The notes: generated by a model not told the origin, from the sequence alone. DNA of 63,266 bases, filler included, from Stramenopiles sp. TOSAG23-6 (GCA_900128565.1; 10 parts of 10 records of this genome joined end to end with filler, not necessarily neighbours in it); one strand, 5' to 3'. Counted from the first letter of the whole stretch, positions 11,220 to 25,389 are shown. Numbers and translations are program-made.

Positions 11220-12508
11220 ATGCTATTTTTAAAACGGCAATGTCGTATACTCAAAGGTATTGGTGGTTTTATGTCACCTGTCCGACGACATTTGAACAGT
11301 CACAGAATGCACTGTTTTACACATCATGATTATACTCTTTCTCTCCCATCGCTTCATAGGTTTCCTATGCAAAGGTATCAAGCTATTTATGACGTTCTTT
11401 TGTCTCGTTTAGATGCAGATCCGAGCATTCCTCTTTCAATACATTCATCTCCTCGACTTGCCAGCATTGAGGAGGTACAAGCAGTTCACGATGAAAAGTA
11501 TGTTTCAGATTTTATACATGGTACGTTAGATGCGAAAAGCATTCGAAAAATTGGATTTCCCTGGAGCGAAGACTTTGTCAGACGAACATTTCGCATTACT
11601 GGTGCTACACTCGAGGCCACTGAAAGGATTTTATCCTTTCCAACACGCAAAAGTGGTTGTATTGTGTCAGCCAACTTGGCTGGGTATGTTTTAATTTTTT
11701 TTCAAATTCGTTTTTTTTCATAGTAAATTTTGTACCTAACAAATTTTGAATTTTTTTTTGAAATATTTTTCCAAAATACATGGGAACACATCATGCTTTT
11801 AGTAAACACGGTGAGGGTTTTTGTGTCTTTAATGACATTGCTGTCGCTGCGCATTTTGCTTTACATGAAGGTGTGAAAATTAATGCCAAACATAAAGTAA
11901 AATCACACAACAGTGATATTCAAACAGCTGATAGAGTTCTTGTTATTGACTTAGATGTTCACCAGGGCAATGGTACAGCTGACATTTTGAAGACTATGTT
12001 TGTTTTATTTTTTTTGAATTTTTTTTTGAATTTTTTTTTCGTACGAAATTTTGTACCTAACAAAATTTTTAGATTTTTTTTTAAATATTTTTTCATAATC
12101 CATTCCAGATACATACACATTATCTGTTCATGCTGATAGCAATTATCCATGGAATTCTCGTGTAGCATCAGACTTAGATTTTGCAGTACAAGATGAAATT
12201 ACTGGTGAAGAGTATAATAATGAAGTTCAAAAGGCTCTACAAAAATTAGATAGTCTTGTCAATGAAGACAGAAAAAACATAAAAAACAAAACCCTAACCC
12301 TAAACAAAAGTGAAAACCCTAACCCTAATCCAAAACACGAAATTGAATTAATCATTTATCAAGCTGGTGTTGACCCTCTCAAAGAAGATCGCTTGGGAAA
12401 ATTAAGTCTTTCTCATAAAGACTTACAGAAAAGAAATCAAATCGTGTACGATTGGGTGAAACATAGACGAGAAAAATTACAGATAGATTCTAGACTCCTC
12501 ATTTTAAT
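11220..12508 (+). CDS. Histone deacetylase family protein (AcuC/HDAC11-like), 3' partial; introns 11684-11781, 11998-12103 and from 12509
   Basis: [56 protein letters not shown] and [14 protein letters not shown]. Confidence 0.95.
11684..11781 (+). other. GT-AT intron splitting the catalytic GGTHHA motif
   Basis: GCT GG|GTATGT...TGTACCTAAC...CCAAAATACAT|G GGA ACA CAT CAT. Confidence 0.9.
11998..12103 (+). other. GT-AT intron
   Basis: ACT AT|GTTTGT...TACCTAAC (42 nt)...ATAATCCAT|T CCA GAT ACA TAC ACA TTA TCT GTT CAT. Confidence 0.8.
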
Positions 12509-12693
12509 GTATGTTTTATTTTATTTTTTTACCGAAAAAAAAAAATCGAATTTTTTTTTTCGTACGAAATTTTGTACCTAACAAATTTTCAAANNNNNNN
12601 NNNNNNNNNNNNNNNNNNNNNNNNNNNNNNNNNNNNNTTAATTAATTAANNNNNNNNNNNNNNNNNNNNNNNNNNNNNNNNNNNNNNNNNNNN

Positions 12694-15600
12694 GAAACAT
12701 TGATTCTTTAGGGAAAAAAATAGTTCCTAAAGACATATTTAGTGATTTATCTGAAATAAGTAATTCAAGAAAGGAATCACAAGACGCTAGAAGAAGAGAA
12801 CGACAGCACCGAAAAATGCTCAAAGAGCGAGGCATTGATATTCAGTTTGAAGAAACGAACGTCAATGCGTCTTTAGAAAATAGCTCATCTGACTCTGATC
12901 CAAATATTATTGAACGAAAAGAGAAGCAAACAATTAAAGTTTTTAGTGGCAGGGGTAGGGGTAGGGGCAGAAGCAGAGGAAGAGGCAGAAACAGAGGTAG
13001 AGGTCGAGGTAGAAGAATTGCAGAAAAAAAAGCACTTTCTAAATTGAAAACGGATATATATAAAGACTCTATTGCGTATAATATTAAGCGTACTCAGATG
13101 AAATTGTTCAATGCTGGCGCTTTACACAAATCGCACACTTTATGGAAAACATTTAAGAGTATAGATACAGATGAGATAGGAGGAATTCCAAGGAGTAAAT
13201 TCCAGGAGATACTTCGAAAATATTGTCCAACTCTGACAAATGATGAGCTAAAATTTCTCTTTTCGGAGTTTGCGTCCTCTGTGGCAACAAGTACTGAATT
13301 TATTGAGATCGATTCACCTATATTAGATAAGAATCATAAAAACCTCGTGCAAAAGAATAGCGAAGGAAATATCTCAGTTGAAAATGAAATTGAAATCAAG
13401 CAAAGTTCTAGTGAGATGAAAACACAAAATTCTAAAGAAAATATTGAAGCCCTGACGAGTAATATTTCACATATGTCAGAGAGTGAAACAAAATTTTCAG
13501 TTGCTTTCCTTGAAAAGCACGAGATGACCCCAGAAGAATTATTGGGTATTAGTAAACCAGCATTAATGACACTACTTAAAAGAATATTCTATGCAGTAGA
13601 TAAGGATAAAAGTGGAACTCTAAATCCCCATGAGTTTGAGCACTGTCTCATGCAAGCAGACGAGGAAGGTAAATTTGGACCGAAAGATGAACATGGAAAT
13701 AGGCACCATACAGGTATAGAGAAACACGATGCTAGACATATACGAGAATCTTTTGACACCGATCACGATGGAGTTATAGAATATGAAGATTTTATTATGA
13801 ATGCCTTTGAAAAATTGGTCTCAATTATTGCTCAAAAAAAAACAGCTCATGAAAAGGAACTCAAAGAAGCTGAAGCATTTATGCAATTAGAAGGCTCATC
13901 GTCAGATGATAGTAATAGTGATAGTGAGGAAAGTGCTCATTCCGATACACAGGATAAAGTAACGAAAAACTCTAAAATGGAGACTGAAAGTATATCACAA
14001 TCCCTCAATGATAATGAAACTGATAAAAAGGTGATAGGCAAATCAGAAACGACTACTTCTTCAGAAGTAAACCACACTTCTCAATCAAAAGTTCAACTAC
14101 CATCTAATGAAGTTCCTCAGCAGAAGTTTCCATTGATTAAGAATGAAGTTCAGTACAAAGCAGTCACGTTTGCTTTAATTGAATACAAAAAGTTTGAGCA
14201 AGCAATGATGGAAAGTTTTCAACCTGCACTTGGAATGCTTCAGAACTCTCCAAGGGATGAAGTAATTACACATAAAAATAGAAATAGAAATGTTCCCATG
14301 TTCCTCCTGAAAGATTGGCTAGACCAGTTTGAAATTGGTGTTTATGCCGAGAAAATTGGTAGTATATTGCAGTGCAATATTTCAGCTCAAGTATATTATT
14401 TCCGTTCTAATAATAAAGAAAGTATTGAAGCGATTGCAGCACACAATTCATTACATATGAATGACCAGTCAAAGTCTGCATTGATAAATGCCTGGCAAGC
14501 TTTAAATTCTCTGTCAGACAATGAACTTCCTGTGGTAGCTAGGATATTTATGAAAGCAAATAAGTCTGAGGTGGATCAGTGTATGGACTGGGTAATGAGT
14601 AAAGTAATTGAAATGAATAGTAAGACTGAAATGAATAGTAAGGTTGAAATAAATAGTAAAGCATCCAATATGTTTGCAACTTCAGATATTCTGGCAAGGG
14701 GTGGTAATCTTATTGATGCTCAAATAACACTGCTAGATATAATGAATCAAAAGCAGGTTGATAGTACGTCAAAGCGATCAAATGAAATTTTTGAGCTTGG
14801 TAGTGGTTCAACATTCATCCCTGTGGGCCAGAGTGGTGCCATTCTTTCAAAACATTCGATCAAAGGTTCAAAAGCTTCAATTGTATCAAAGCATATTGAA
14901 GGTAGTCGTCGCACGCAAAAACTATCTAAAGAACGTAGAGGTGACGAATTAGATAAGATTCTTTCAAATATGAATAGAAAGTATAATACAAAATCTTCAA
15001 AGGAGACGTTATACTTAGGCCAATCTCTACAAAACAAAAGCCCAAAACGAATATTTGGATTTGGAAGAGAACACTCAAGATCAAAACTACATTCTCGTGC
15101 CACACATCTATTATCCAAATTGAGGAATCGGAGACGTACTACGGCGATAGCTTCAGGTGAAAATGAACTACTGAGTAGGTTCATGAAAAATAGCTTAGAC
15201 AAAGATTGGAAGAATGAAGTCATCTTTCAGCAGCAAATGAAATTTCCAGGCCATATGGACGGTACTGGTTATTATATCAATGATGATTATGCTGATAATG
15301 TTGCTACTCGTCGTAATCGTACTGCGAATAGAAAGCTTGAAAAATTCCAAGAAATATTGTTTGAATCAGATGATGACTTTGAAGACATGTCTCGTGATGT
15401 CAATATGCTAAACGAAATGAGTAACAGTGAAAACTTGAGCGAATCCAATAATGGGGTTAATAGATTATTACAAAGTGGCGTGTCTCAAACTGAAGCTACA
15501 AATTTACAATCAAGACCCAATAATGATATACTGGCTATGCAAAGATTGCAGCGTGCTCAGTGGAGAGTTGATCGAAAAATGAAGGAAGATTCATCTGGTT

Positions 15601-15890
15601 TTCATGGTCTAACTACTGCAGATGCAACACGTATTCGAGCGACGCAAGCGCGTGTATTTAATTGGAAACGGGAAACAAGTAGTGGTCATTTGAATCATTC
15701 TATGCAGGAAGTTATACTTGCACCTGAATTACAAGTCAAAAATTACGTAAGGATGGAAACCTTCAGTAATGCTCAAGAGCAACGTCGTATTTATGAAAAG
15801 AATTACCGAGAACGCGTTTCCCCCCGAGGATCTGCCCTAGGTATTGCGCGACGTCGCGTAGGTCGGAGACGGTCCGAAAAGAATCAATAA
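12694..15890 (+). CDS. Large EF-hand protein, 5' partial
   Basis: EF-hand loops DTDEIGGI, DKDKSGTLNPHE and DTDHDGVIEYED, plus an RG-repeat segment. The frame is open back to the contig edge. Confidence 0.8.
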
Positions 15891-15917
15891 ATTATAAATA
15901 GTCAGGATTTTATTCGT

Positions 15918-16835
15918 TTAAGTTAAAACTTGGACTCCAGTTTCTGTAATAAGAACCATATGCTCAAACTGAGAAGAACGACTTTGATCCACCGTAACAA
16001 TGGACCAACCATCATCTAACTGTAAATTTTCTTGTGAACCTTCCGTAATCATTGGCTCTATTGTAAAGCACTGACCTGGTTTCATTATCTCTTTGTTTCT
16101 TTCGTTCCAACCTCCCGCCCAGTGGTGTATTAGAGGTGACATGTGAAAACCTTTACCAACTCCATGTCCGCAAAATTGCTGTACAGTTCCATATCCATAT
16201 TTTCCACATTCACTGTCAATAATGTCGCCAATAACACTAAATTCTACTCCAGGGCCACACGCAGCAATCGCTTTCCATAACATTTGGCGCGACCTCTGTA
16301 CCAACTTCTTGCCAGCTTCATCAACATCACCAACTAAATATGTTCGACAACTGTCACCAAAATATCCCTCTTTAGTATAACAAGATATATCAATTGAAAC
16401 AATATCCCCATCCTCGAGGGGTCTTGAATCTGGGATGCCATGTACTATAATCTCATTTGGAGACAAACAAAGAGACTTTGGAAAGCCCATATAATTAAGT
16501 GGAGCTGGATACACGTGATTACTCACGAGGAAATCGTGTATCTCCCTATCAATCTCATCACCAGTAATACCCGGTCGGATAAGGCCATCTACCTTGTCCA
16601 GAGCTACCTTCACTATTCCAGCTGCTTCTCTTATTCCACGGAGTTGTTCGTAACTTAACAAAGGTGAATCATCAGGTAAAGATGTCACCTGTCCCGAGTC
16701 TGCATAGCACGGACGACGAATTGAATTAGGAACTGTTCTCACCGGAGATACTCTACCTAACTTAATAGGCTTACATATAGCAGAACTGCTATATGATCTT
16801 GAAAATTTCACAACATGCCTATGGATGGCGTGCAT
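15918..16835 (-). CDS. METAP1D: Methionine aminopeptidase type I, probably mitochondrial (METAP1D-like)
   Basis: PAPLNYMGFPKSLC, HGIPDSRPL, DIS...GD, GHGVG..FH, FTIEPM and SQFEH, with a transit-peptide-like N-terminus. Confidence 0.93.
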   Translation of the reverse strand: MHAIHRHVVKFSRSYSSSAICKPIKLGRVSPVRTVPNSIRRPCYADSGQVTSLPDDSPLLSYEQLRGIREAAGIVKVALDKVDGLIRPGITGDEIDREIHDFLVSNHVYPAPLNYMGFPKSLCLSPNEIIVHGIPDSRPLEDGDIVSIDISCYTKEGYFGDSCRTYLVGDVDEAGKKLVQRSRQMLWKAIAACGPGVEFSVIGDIIDSECGKYGYGTVQQFCGHGVGKGFHMSPLIHHWAGGWNERNKEIMKPGQCFTIEPMITEGSQENLQLDDGWSIVTVDQSRSSQFEHMVLITETGVQVLT

Positions 16836-17006
16836 TACAATCGTTCAGATGTTTTTTTATTGATGCGAAGTAAAGGGAAAGGGGAACACTGTCGTGTACG
16901 TGTCGAAGATTTGAGTTTTGACTGACTGTTTTTCGCGAAAGACACGAAAAATCATTATTATATAAAATGTTTAAAATGAATTTTCGTTTATATTTCTTGT
17001 TTAATT

Positions 17007-18584
17007 TCAGAAACTTCTCTCCCAATGCCCAATGCCATTATTTATCTTATCATCTTCTTCATCGCTTGTATCGCATCTAGGGCAGTAACTTTCAGAATGA
17101 TTTTTTATAGAAACAACCTCACTATATCTATAATTTGTTGATGACATTTCCAAAGTAGTACTATTGAACTGTGGCCTCTTCCCTTTCACAAAAACAAATA
17201 TGGCTAATAAAATAGGTATTACAGAACTAACAACGAAAGCAGTGTAAAAAGAACCTGTCAAATCACTTACTAAACCATATGGAAATGGACCAAGAGCAGA
17301 ACCAAGTACAATCATCGAGTTGCCTACGCTAGAAATGCTTGCCAGATGACTTCGCCCGAAAAATTGTGCATATGCTACTCCAGCAGTGTTACTTCCTATA
17401 GCATTTGAAATGGACATAAAACATGTAGAAAAGTAAAGAACTTTTACACCTCCAGTGTCTAACATTGTCATGGCAAAAAGTCCAATGCTATTAGCAACTA
17501 GTGATATAACAAGAAGAATTCTAGGTTCATAAATATCTATTGCCCTTCCACCTATTAATCTTGCTACGACTGAAGTTACTGCACTCAACGGAAATACCAT
17601 ACTTATCACATTATCAGATATTCCTGCTTTAGTACAAATTGCTTGCATATGAAACCAATATGCTGTACCAGTTGCAGCTATCAATGATGTACCCATTGCA
17701 ATAGACCAGAATGATGTCGTACGGAGTGCTGTACTTGTCTTCCAAATTTCTTCTAACTTTTCAGCTGTTTTAATTTCTTCTATAACATCAACTTTTTCAA
17801 CGTTGCCCTGGTCCTCGGCATCGGATATACAAAATGTGCTAGTTTGGCTTAAAGTATCATGAGTATCACTATCATTAACATTTGTTGAGACTGCTTTTTG
17901 ACTGGTAATATAACCTCGTCCATCTGGTAGTAATCCGAAAGATTCTGGGGCAGATCGGAAAAACATAAAACCTAAAGGAACCATCACAAACGCTAATGAG
18001 CCACTCATTAACTGATAACTATAACGCCAGTCGTGATTTCTGATAATTGAGCGACACCAAGGAGCAACCAGTCCCATGATTCCTAAAGACATAAACGATC
18101 CTCCAATACCCATTGCAATCCCTCTTGAATCTACCCACCACAAATTAATTGTATACTGTGCAACCAGCAATAAACTTCCTTGTCCAAAGAAACGTAGTAA
18201 ATAGAAACAGAGTAATAAAATTCCAGTTGTTCTCACCTGACTAAATAGAAAACATGAAAAACATAGCCCCGTCGTGATGACCCAACAACTAATTCGAGGA
18301 CCAACCGCGTCAATAAATTTTCCTGTCAGAGGGAGTGTTACCGATGAACAACATGTAGCAATAAGGTATAATAAGGTTACCTTTGTACGGGTCAAGTTTA
18401 AAGATTTAATTATTCCATCAATGTGAAGACCAATAATCGGTGACTGACCAGGTGCTGTAAAAATTTTTGCTACTGTCGCAACAGCAAGTATAAGCCGGCC
18501 ATAATTCTCGGGTCTTAAAATTCCACATTTTACTAGTGGAAGCTCGTTGGCTGCACGAGAAGTTGGGTTTCTATCTCGAACCAT
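17007..18584 (-). CDS. MFS transporter
   Basis: About 12 hydrophobic segments with a central loop, motif A (GKFIDAVGPR, GRAIDIYEPR), and APGQS and LRFFGQG. Confidence 0.92.
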   Translation of the reverse strand: MVRDRNPTSRAANELPLVKCGILRPENYGRLILAVATVAKIFTAPGQSPIIGLHIDGIIKSLNLTRTKVTLLYLIATCCSSVTLPLTGKFIDAVGPRISCWVITTGLCFSCFLFSQVRTTGILLLCFYLLRFFGQGSLLLVAQYTINLWWVDSRGIAMGIGGSFMSLGIMGLVAPWCRSIIRNHDWRYSYQLMSGSLAFVMVPLGFMFFRSAPESFGLLPDGRGYITSQKAVSTNVNDSDTHDTLSQTSTFCISDAEDQGNVEKVDVIEEIKTAEKLEEIWKTSTALRTTSFWSIAMGTSLIAATGTAYWFHMQAICTKAGISDNVISMVFPLSAVTSVVARLIGGRAIDIYEPRILLVISLVANSIGLFAMTMLDTGGVKVLYFSTCFMSISNAIGSNTAGVAYAQFFGRSHLASISSVGNSMIVLGSALGPFPYGLVSDLTGSFYTAFVVSSVIPILLAIFVFVKGKRPQFNSTTLEMSSTNYRYSEVVSIKNHSESYCPRCDTSDEEDDKINNGIGHWERSF

Positions 18585-19139
18585 AATAATATTATCTAAA
18601 AGATTTCAGCTACTTCTATGAATTCAATATCTGTGCACTTGCTGTAAGGGGGCAGAGGTAGTATAGGAACCCTGAAATAATACTGTAATACGTATTTCCA
18701 AGGGAATTCCCTTGGTATTTCGATTTGAGCGCGCGCAAGAATTATTTTGCCATTTGTTTAAAAGAAAAACGTTTGAACCGTTGAAAACCGAAACGAAAAA
18801 AAAAATCAATAAAAAAAAAATTCAATATTTTATCGGAGTTTTTCGGGCTCTTGATCTCTGGAGATCAGTGCTCGCTCGAGTTCATCACGATTCACAAAGT
18901 CAAAATGAGGTAAGGTAGTAAGTTACTAGGNNNNNNNNNNNNNNNNNNNNNNNNNNNNNNNNNNNNNNNNNNNNTTAATTAATTAANNNNNNNNNNNNNN
19001 NNNNNNNNNNNNNNNNNNNNNNNNNNNNNNTTTTGGAAAAATATTTCAAAAAAAATCTAAAAAAATTGTTAGGTACAAAATTTACAATAAAACAAATTCG
19101 ATTTTTTTTTTACCGGAAAAAAAAAAAAATAAAACATAC

Positions 19140-22100
19140 ATGATATCATTGGTCAATAATCTTAATAATGTTTCATATTTTTGAGATATTTTTGATGTTG
19201 CACAGGAAAGAAATAACTTTTCAATGGCCATGAGAGATTGGTATACTTTTGCATCTTTTTGAGATTGAGTACTTATATCATCATCATCCATATTTTCAAC
19301 ATCATTTACATTTAACTCAGTATCTACTTCAGTGAGTAAAATATCTTTAATACCAAAGATGGATGTCTGTACATATTTGGTACAAGATAATAATGCGTCA
19401 GGTCTAGCATCGATCAATATACCAATTAATTGGGCAGCAGCAAGTCTCAATTTATCTTGTTGAGATGAAATCCATTTCATTACAAATTCAATCATTTCTT
19501 CTGCTTTTTGAAGAGAACACTTTCTCAGTAATAAATTCAAGGTATTTGATATCATACGCCGACAATCTGAGTTATGTATTTTGGAAAAATATTTCAAACA
19601 AAATCTAAAAAATATTGTTAGGTACAAATTTTTTTTGAAAAAAATAAATTCGATTTTTTTTTTTTTTCGGTAAAAAAAAAAAAAAATAAATAAAACATAC
19701 ATTATCATTGACAAGTCGTAAAACAAGAGGAAGAAACAATAACCCTGATTGATCATCAATTAGTTCTTTTGGAAACTTTTGAATAATTTTACCTAGAAAT
19801 TTTAATAATGATAGTCGACCTGTATCGTAGGGAAATGATAAATTTTTCATTACATGATCAATATGATTTTGTAATCGTTTCTTGCCTAATGGAAATAAAA
19901 TTAAGTATAACATCAAAACTTCAGAACATGAAGAACGGATTATATCATGCTGTGACGTCACCATACAATCCTGTAACTGTTCCATCAGAGTATACATCTC
20001 AACCGTCACAGTTTTTCTCTTGACTAGAGTTTTAATTAACTCAAAAGATGCTTTTTGTTTTTTTGGTATTTGAATACCCGACGATAGTAAATCAATCAAA
20101 CACGATATTTGATTTGGGGTCAAAGTATAGTCTGAATGATGGCGTAGTAGAACACTAAGTGTGTGAAAACAACCTTGTGCCAAGTCAGCTTCTGCTGCTG
20201 CACCAAAATGGCCCAATACAGATAATAATCTGTTTACAATTCGAGGCATGAAAGACGGTAATGAAGGTAATTTCCACGAACTTAGTAATGACAGACATTT
20301 CATACTGAGCAACATTAATTGATCATTTTTTGTTCGATCACAACAACGTGTTAATAATCCAAGAATTGGATCCAATAGAGATAAATGTGATACATCATTT
20401 CGCTGTAATTTACCTTTTTTAAGAAAGGAATATAAAGCTAATAAGGCATACTCTACAACAACATACTCATTTGCAGTAGCATAAGAGTGGTCGATGCCAC
20501 GTGTCGTTAAACATTTACCACCAGTCAACCTTGGCTCGGGCAATACTTCATAATTATCAGCTTTATGACCATTACTTAATTTCATCTTTGAAGTTGTATC
20601 ATCTGTATTGACTAACCATTTTTCGACTTCTACATTACCTTTTCCAGATTCAATTTTCATTCGACGTTTTGTTGTTGCTTTTGTATACCCAGATACAATT
20701 TTTTGTAAATAAATCATTAGATGAGGAATTTCTACACTATTATTTTGTACTAATCCTAAAGTAGCTCTTCGAAAAAGTTCTCTTATTTTGTTAATCGTTT
20801 TTTTGTCAACAGTTTCATTTAATTTTTCGCGAAGTGGTGTAAGAACAACATGAACGGCATCTGAAGGAAGAAATTGCATTGAAGTGAATAAAATTTCAAA
20901 TGTGTCAAAACTTTTACACGTTTTGACTTCACGCATTTGACGATGAGCATTTGAAACACCTGAATCAATTTCCTTTTGAATCGATGCCTGGCCAAAAATA
21001 TCTTCTAACACAGTAGCTAATACAGTAGGAATTATTCGCCATATTACCGAGTGATCCATTGGAACTTCTTTCGCGTCAAGAGCCTCATAAAACTCTTCAG
21101 GATGGAGTTTACTTTCAGAATCATCATCACCACGTTCCTGACGCCATTTCAGTCTTTGATCTTTCCGAAATTGTTGTTGTTCATTCATTTCAATAATACT
21201 TTTCTTCATTAATTCAGTCTCAGGTTGAAGTAAAGATTTATCATAGAGATTACGAAGTACTGCATGTAGCGTATATCCCATAATGTGTACCATATAACCC
21301 TTATTCAAAGCATCATGTAATTGTTCAACAATCATTGGAAGCTTTTGCAAACCAATCAAACACGAAATTTCCACCAACACATTTCGTGCTTCATCTCTTG
21401 CGTGTTGTGCTTTAACACGTAACACACGGCATACAGATCTTGTTAATTGAGATATCGATGGATCACATATTGCACTTGGTAATTGCATAAGTAAACGAGT
21501 GAGTGCTAATGCAATCGGTGTTCGTACAGTTACTTGCGTCAAATCACTATTATGTCCCTCACCTCGACTTACTACACGGCGTATTAATTGCTTTTGTAAT
21601 GGGGGGAGTAGACGAACTTGGATTGCACGTAATATAGATTGAATGGATACACATTTTGATGTTCCAATAGTAGCATCTGTTTCTGTTTCAATCGTAGCAT
21701 CGAAATCACTTTTGATATTTTTAGGTACAAAAACATGAAAGCCGTCAAGCATCGCACATATTGCACGAATCAAAACCTTTTCAGAATTTGGTTTTCTTGG
21801 AACTTCTTCAATTAATTTAGTAATTTCTGAAATATATTTAGACCAACTCAAACGCTGAGATAAAGGTGTTAACACTCGAATTGCTTCCTCTCTAAGATCT
21901 GCTTTTATTGAAGTTTCACTTTCGCGAACTTTGGCTAATACTAAAGGTAACAAAATGTGTACCACAGTGAATGGTTTCAAGTCAAGTGAACCTAATGAGC
22001 CTTTATCCCCTGCTTGAACACGTAATCTCTGTAAAGCCTTCACCTGTCTATGAGCTTGAACATGAGTCATATTCAAGAAAAAATCCTGTTCAGGATCTAT

Positions 22101-25100
22101 ATGCTGCAACTGCTTTAAATCAGTATGCATTGCAGGATGACAATCAGCAGGAAAATGAGACACAACATCTGACAATAACAACAACATTGAATGGCGAACA
22201 ATAGGCTTTACAAATTGACCTGAAAATGTTGCTCTAATACCTGGCATCACTGTAGTTAGCATTAATCTATTACAATGAAAATTGGATACTTTTGTAGATA
22301 AAAACTTGACAGACAAACTCAGCATCCGATGAGCATATTGGCGAATAAGCATTTCATCATTATGTATATCAAACATACACTGACTTAATATAACTTGCAG
22401 GAGGATTTGTTGATTGTTTTCTCGCATGCCAATTTCACATAATTCAATTATTGTATCTGGAATCTCAATTTTCTTTTCTTTGCATTTAGAAATCTTTTTT
22501 AATGTTTTTGAATTTTCATTAATAGGTTTTTTTATATGACTATTTTCTTGATTTTGTTGAATTGATGTTTTCGTCAATATGTCATACACTTTACCACGCT
22601 TTACAAAATTAAGTTCTTCTAGACCTTCCCAGCTATTTAGATCAGAAATGAATGAAGAAACAGTAGTAAACCAAGTCATATCAGATCTTTTTCCAATAGT
22701 AGAAAATACATCCACTAATAATTGACGTGTTACACGATCGTCATATCCACACATACTTGCAGCAGGACCAAGTAATGTCGCAAACAAGCCAATGTGTGAC
22801 ATGATTACACATTTTGGAACAATAGACACTAAGGATAGCAAGACTCGTAAAACATTGTTTTTGATTGCTATAGTTGCACGAGCAGCAGGGCGTAAAAAGG
22901 GTACAATTAGTTTTACTAATGGGGCAGCAATTGTCGAGGATTTGATATACTTACTAATCTGTGATAAGATTGCTAATGCACGAGGAGCAAAAGGTGACTT
23001 CACAATTCGTTTATCACTTCCACCGAAACGGCTTGTGAAACATGTCAATATTTTTGGAATATATGAACGTAATAAACCTTCTGTACTTGTTGCTTTTGAC
23101 GTTTGAGGTAGTAAATGTTCTACAATACTCAATACAGCTGAAACGACGCTTTCACTGACATCTTCACAGAGACAATCTAATGCTGCACTTAAAGGGCATA
23201 TTTCATTTTGAACATTTTCATCTATTTTTTCATCGTCAACGTTTTCATCTACATTTTTATACTTATACACCAACATATTCGAGACGTCCTCATGCTGACT
23301 AGCCAAAACTTGAATAAAGTTCAATAATGCTGAAGGTTTAGTAGCCCCAATGAGTGAAGAAGACAAATTTTCAACACTACTTTGTAATGCATTCATATAT
23401 ATTTTGTACCAAAATGACCAATTGTAATCCGGATAGGTTTCAATAATAATCGACATTACATTGATACATAAAGAACGCAATTGTCTTCCATCTCTACCAG
23501 TAATATTTGAACTAATGCATTGTAGACCAATGATTGCTGGTAACACAACATGTAATTTTGGTCGAAATTTTTGTCCAAATTGTTTTACCATATCAATACA
23601 TAAATTAAGAAATCCAATACGCCTTGCACGACTTACACCATTGTTATATACATTTGCTTGTGCTACTTCAATTACACTTGACACACGGTCTTCAACATCT
23701 TTGACGCTGACAGGAAATGAAACGTTATCACAAGTATCAAATACAAATAGGTTTTCTTCTTTCGATGAAGATAAATTCGAAATTCGTACAGGATAAAAAG
23801 GACGAATGGCATGACTTGCAATAAATCCCAACTCTTTCGGTTTTAATGTAGACAAATACGCGAGAACTGCATTACGACGATTTGATACACTTTCCTTCGC
23901 TTTCATTTTTCGTTCAATAATTCTACCCATCAACAACCGAACAATGATTGGAATAATTCCATTGCGATATATATCTGGTATACTTCCACACAAACCTGCT
24001 TCATTTTCTGGTTCAAGTTTTAAAGTTCGCATTTCATCTTTCCACGTGTCACGATTAGATAGTCTTAGTAATGCAGAACTATATTGATTTAAACTACCTT
24101 GTTTAAAAGCTAAAACACATTTTAAAGCAGAGGAAGATATTTCAGATTTACCTAATAAAATTACACAAGATCTATGTAATCTCCTGGATTCATAATTACC
24201 CTTTAAATTTTGAAAAGTCGAAAATAGTTCTAGAAATGCAGCAATGCGTTCATTAGTGCTTTTTATGCTTACACCATTATGTACATCATTATTATCCTCA
24301 TCATCATCATCAGAAGTCTTAGCAAATGTTTTGTTCATCATTTGGTTTGACATAAACGTTTTAATTATTTCTTTTTCTGAAATTTCATTTTGTGTAGAAA
24401 TTGATAACAATTCCCAAGCATCAGGATCATTTTGAAATGATATATTACTATATTCACAAGCAATGCATCGAAAAAATAACGAAATTAAAAATTTGTTTTT
24501 AGATTCTGCTAAAGTTGGCATGCCTTGTAGTAGTTGTAATAGTAAAGACAATTTTTTACTAGGACCCGTAGGATCAGTATCAACAAACACGAAACCAGCG
24601 ACTGACGATGAACGTAAAGCACGATTAAATGAAGAAAATAATGAAATCACATTTTTCGTGTTTTTCGTATTGAATATTTCATCTTTTGATCTCTGACCAG
24701 TTAGTTTTGCACGTAAATTTCGACGTTTTCGATTCTCATGTTCAACAAGTTGTTTCGTTTTAACTGTGTGATCCTGATTTATTTGATTCATATTACATAA
24801 AATGTCAAGATTTTCAAGATTTTCAAGATTTTCTCTTTCTTTTTGTACATCCATTGAAGACTGACCATACCCACCACCCAATTCCTGCTCAAATATAGCA
24901 CGTGTCAATTGACGAGCAGCAAGCGGCCACAATAGGCTAGTTACTTTTGGTGTATTCGATACACTTGAAAATATACTTTTTATAGTTGGCCAAATTCGAT
25001 TGTATCTGACATTAAATAGACCAATAAAATGTTGTAATGCAAAACGAACGTATATACGAGGCAAGCGACTGTTCTGCAAATACACTTTAATATGTTCCAT

Positions 25101-25267
25101 TCTTGCTCTTACGTCACGATCGCTTTCAAAATCTCTTGATTTTCTTTCGATGAATAATAATTGTTCAAATAAAAGACATTCTGTCCCAGGAATATTTCGT
25201 GTTGTACTATTTTCAGAATTATTTTCAGAATTATTTTCAGAATTATTTTCAGAATTATTTTCAGAAT
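19140..25267 (-). CDS. UTP20: UTP20/DRIM SSU processome component, partial at both ends; intron 19574-19700 and next donor at 19139
   Basis: HEAT-repeat protein with DPEQDFFLNMTHVQAHRQVKAL, KGYMVHIMGYTLH, MREVK..KSFD and FPLGKKRL...NLSFPYDTGR. Confidence 0.93.
19574..19700 (-). other. GT-AT intron
   Basis: GAT AAT|GTATGT...TGTACCTAAC (43 nt)...AAAATACAT|AAC TCA gives LVNDN|NSDCRRM. Confidence 0.85.
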
Positions 25268-25389
25268 NNNNNNNNNNNNNNNNNNNNNNNNNNNNNNNNN
25301 NNNNNNNNNNNTTAATTAATTAANNNNNNNNNNNNNNNNNNNNNNNNNNNNNNNNNNNNNNNNNNNNGAAATATGTTTCCAAAATACAT

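Noticed and set aside
19808-25323. Plus-strand ORFs inside UTP20 and similar antisense ORFs in other genes
   Set aside because: They are shadow ORFs opposite well-supported genes.
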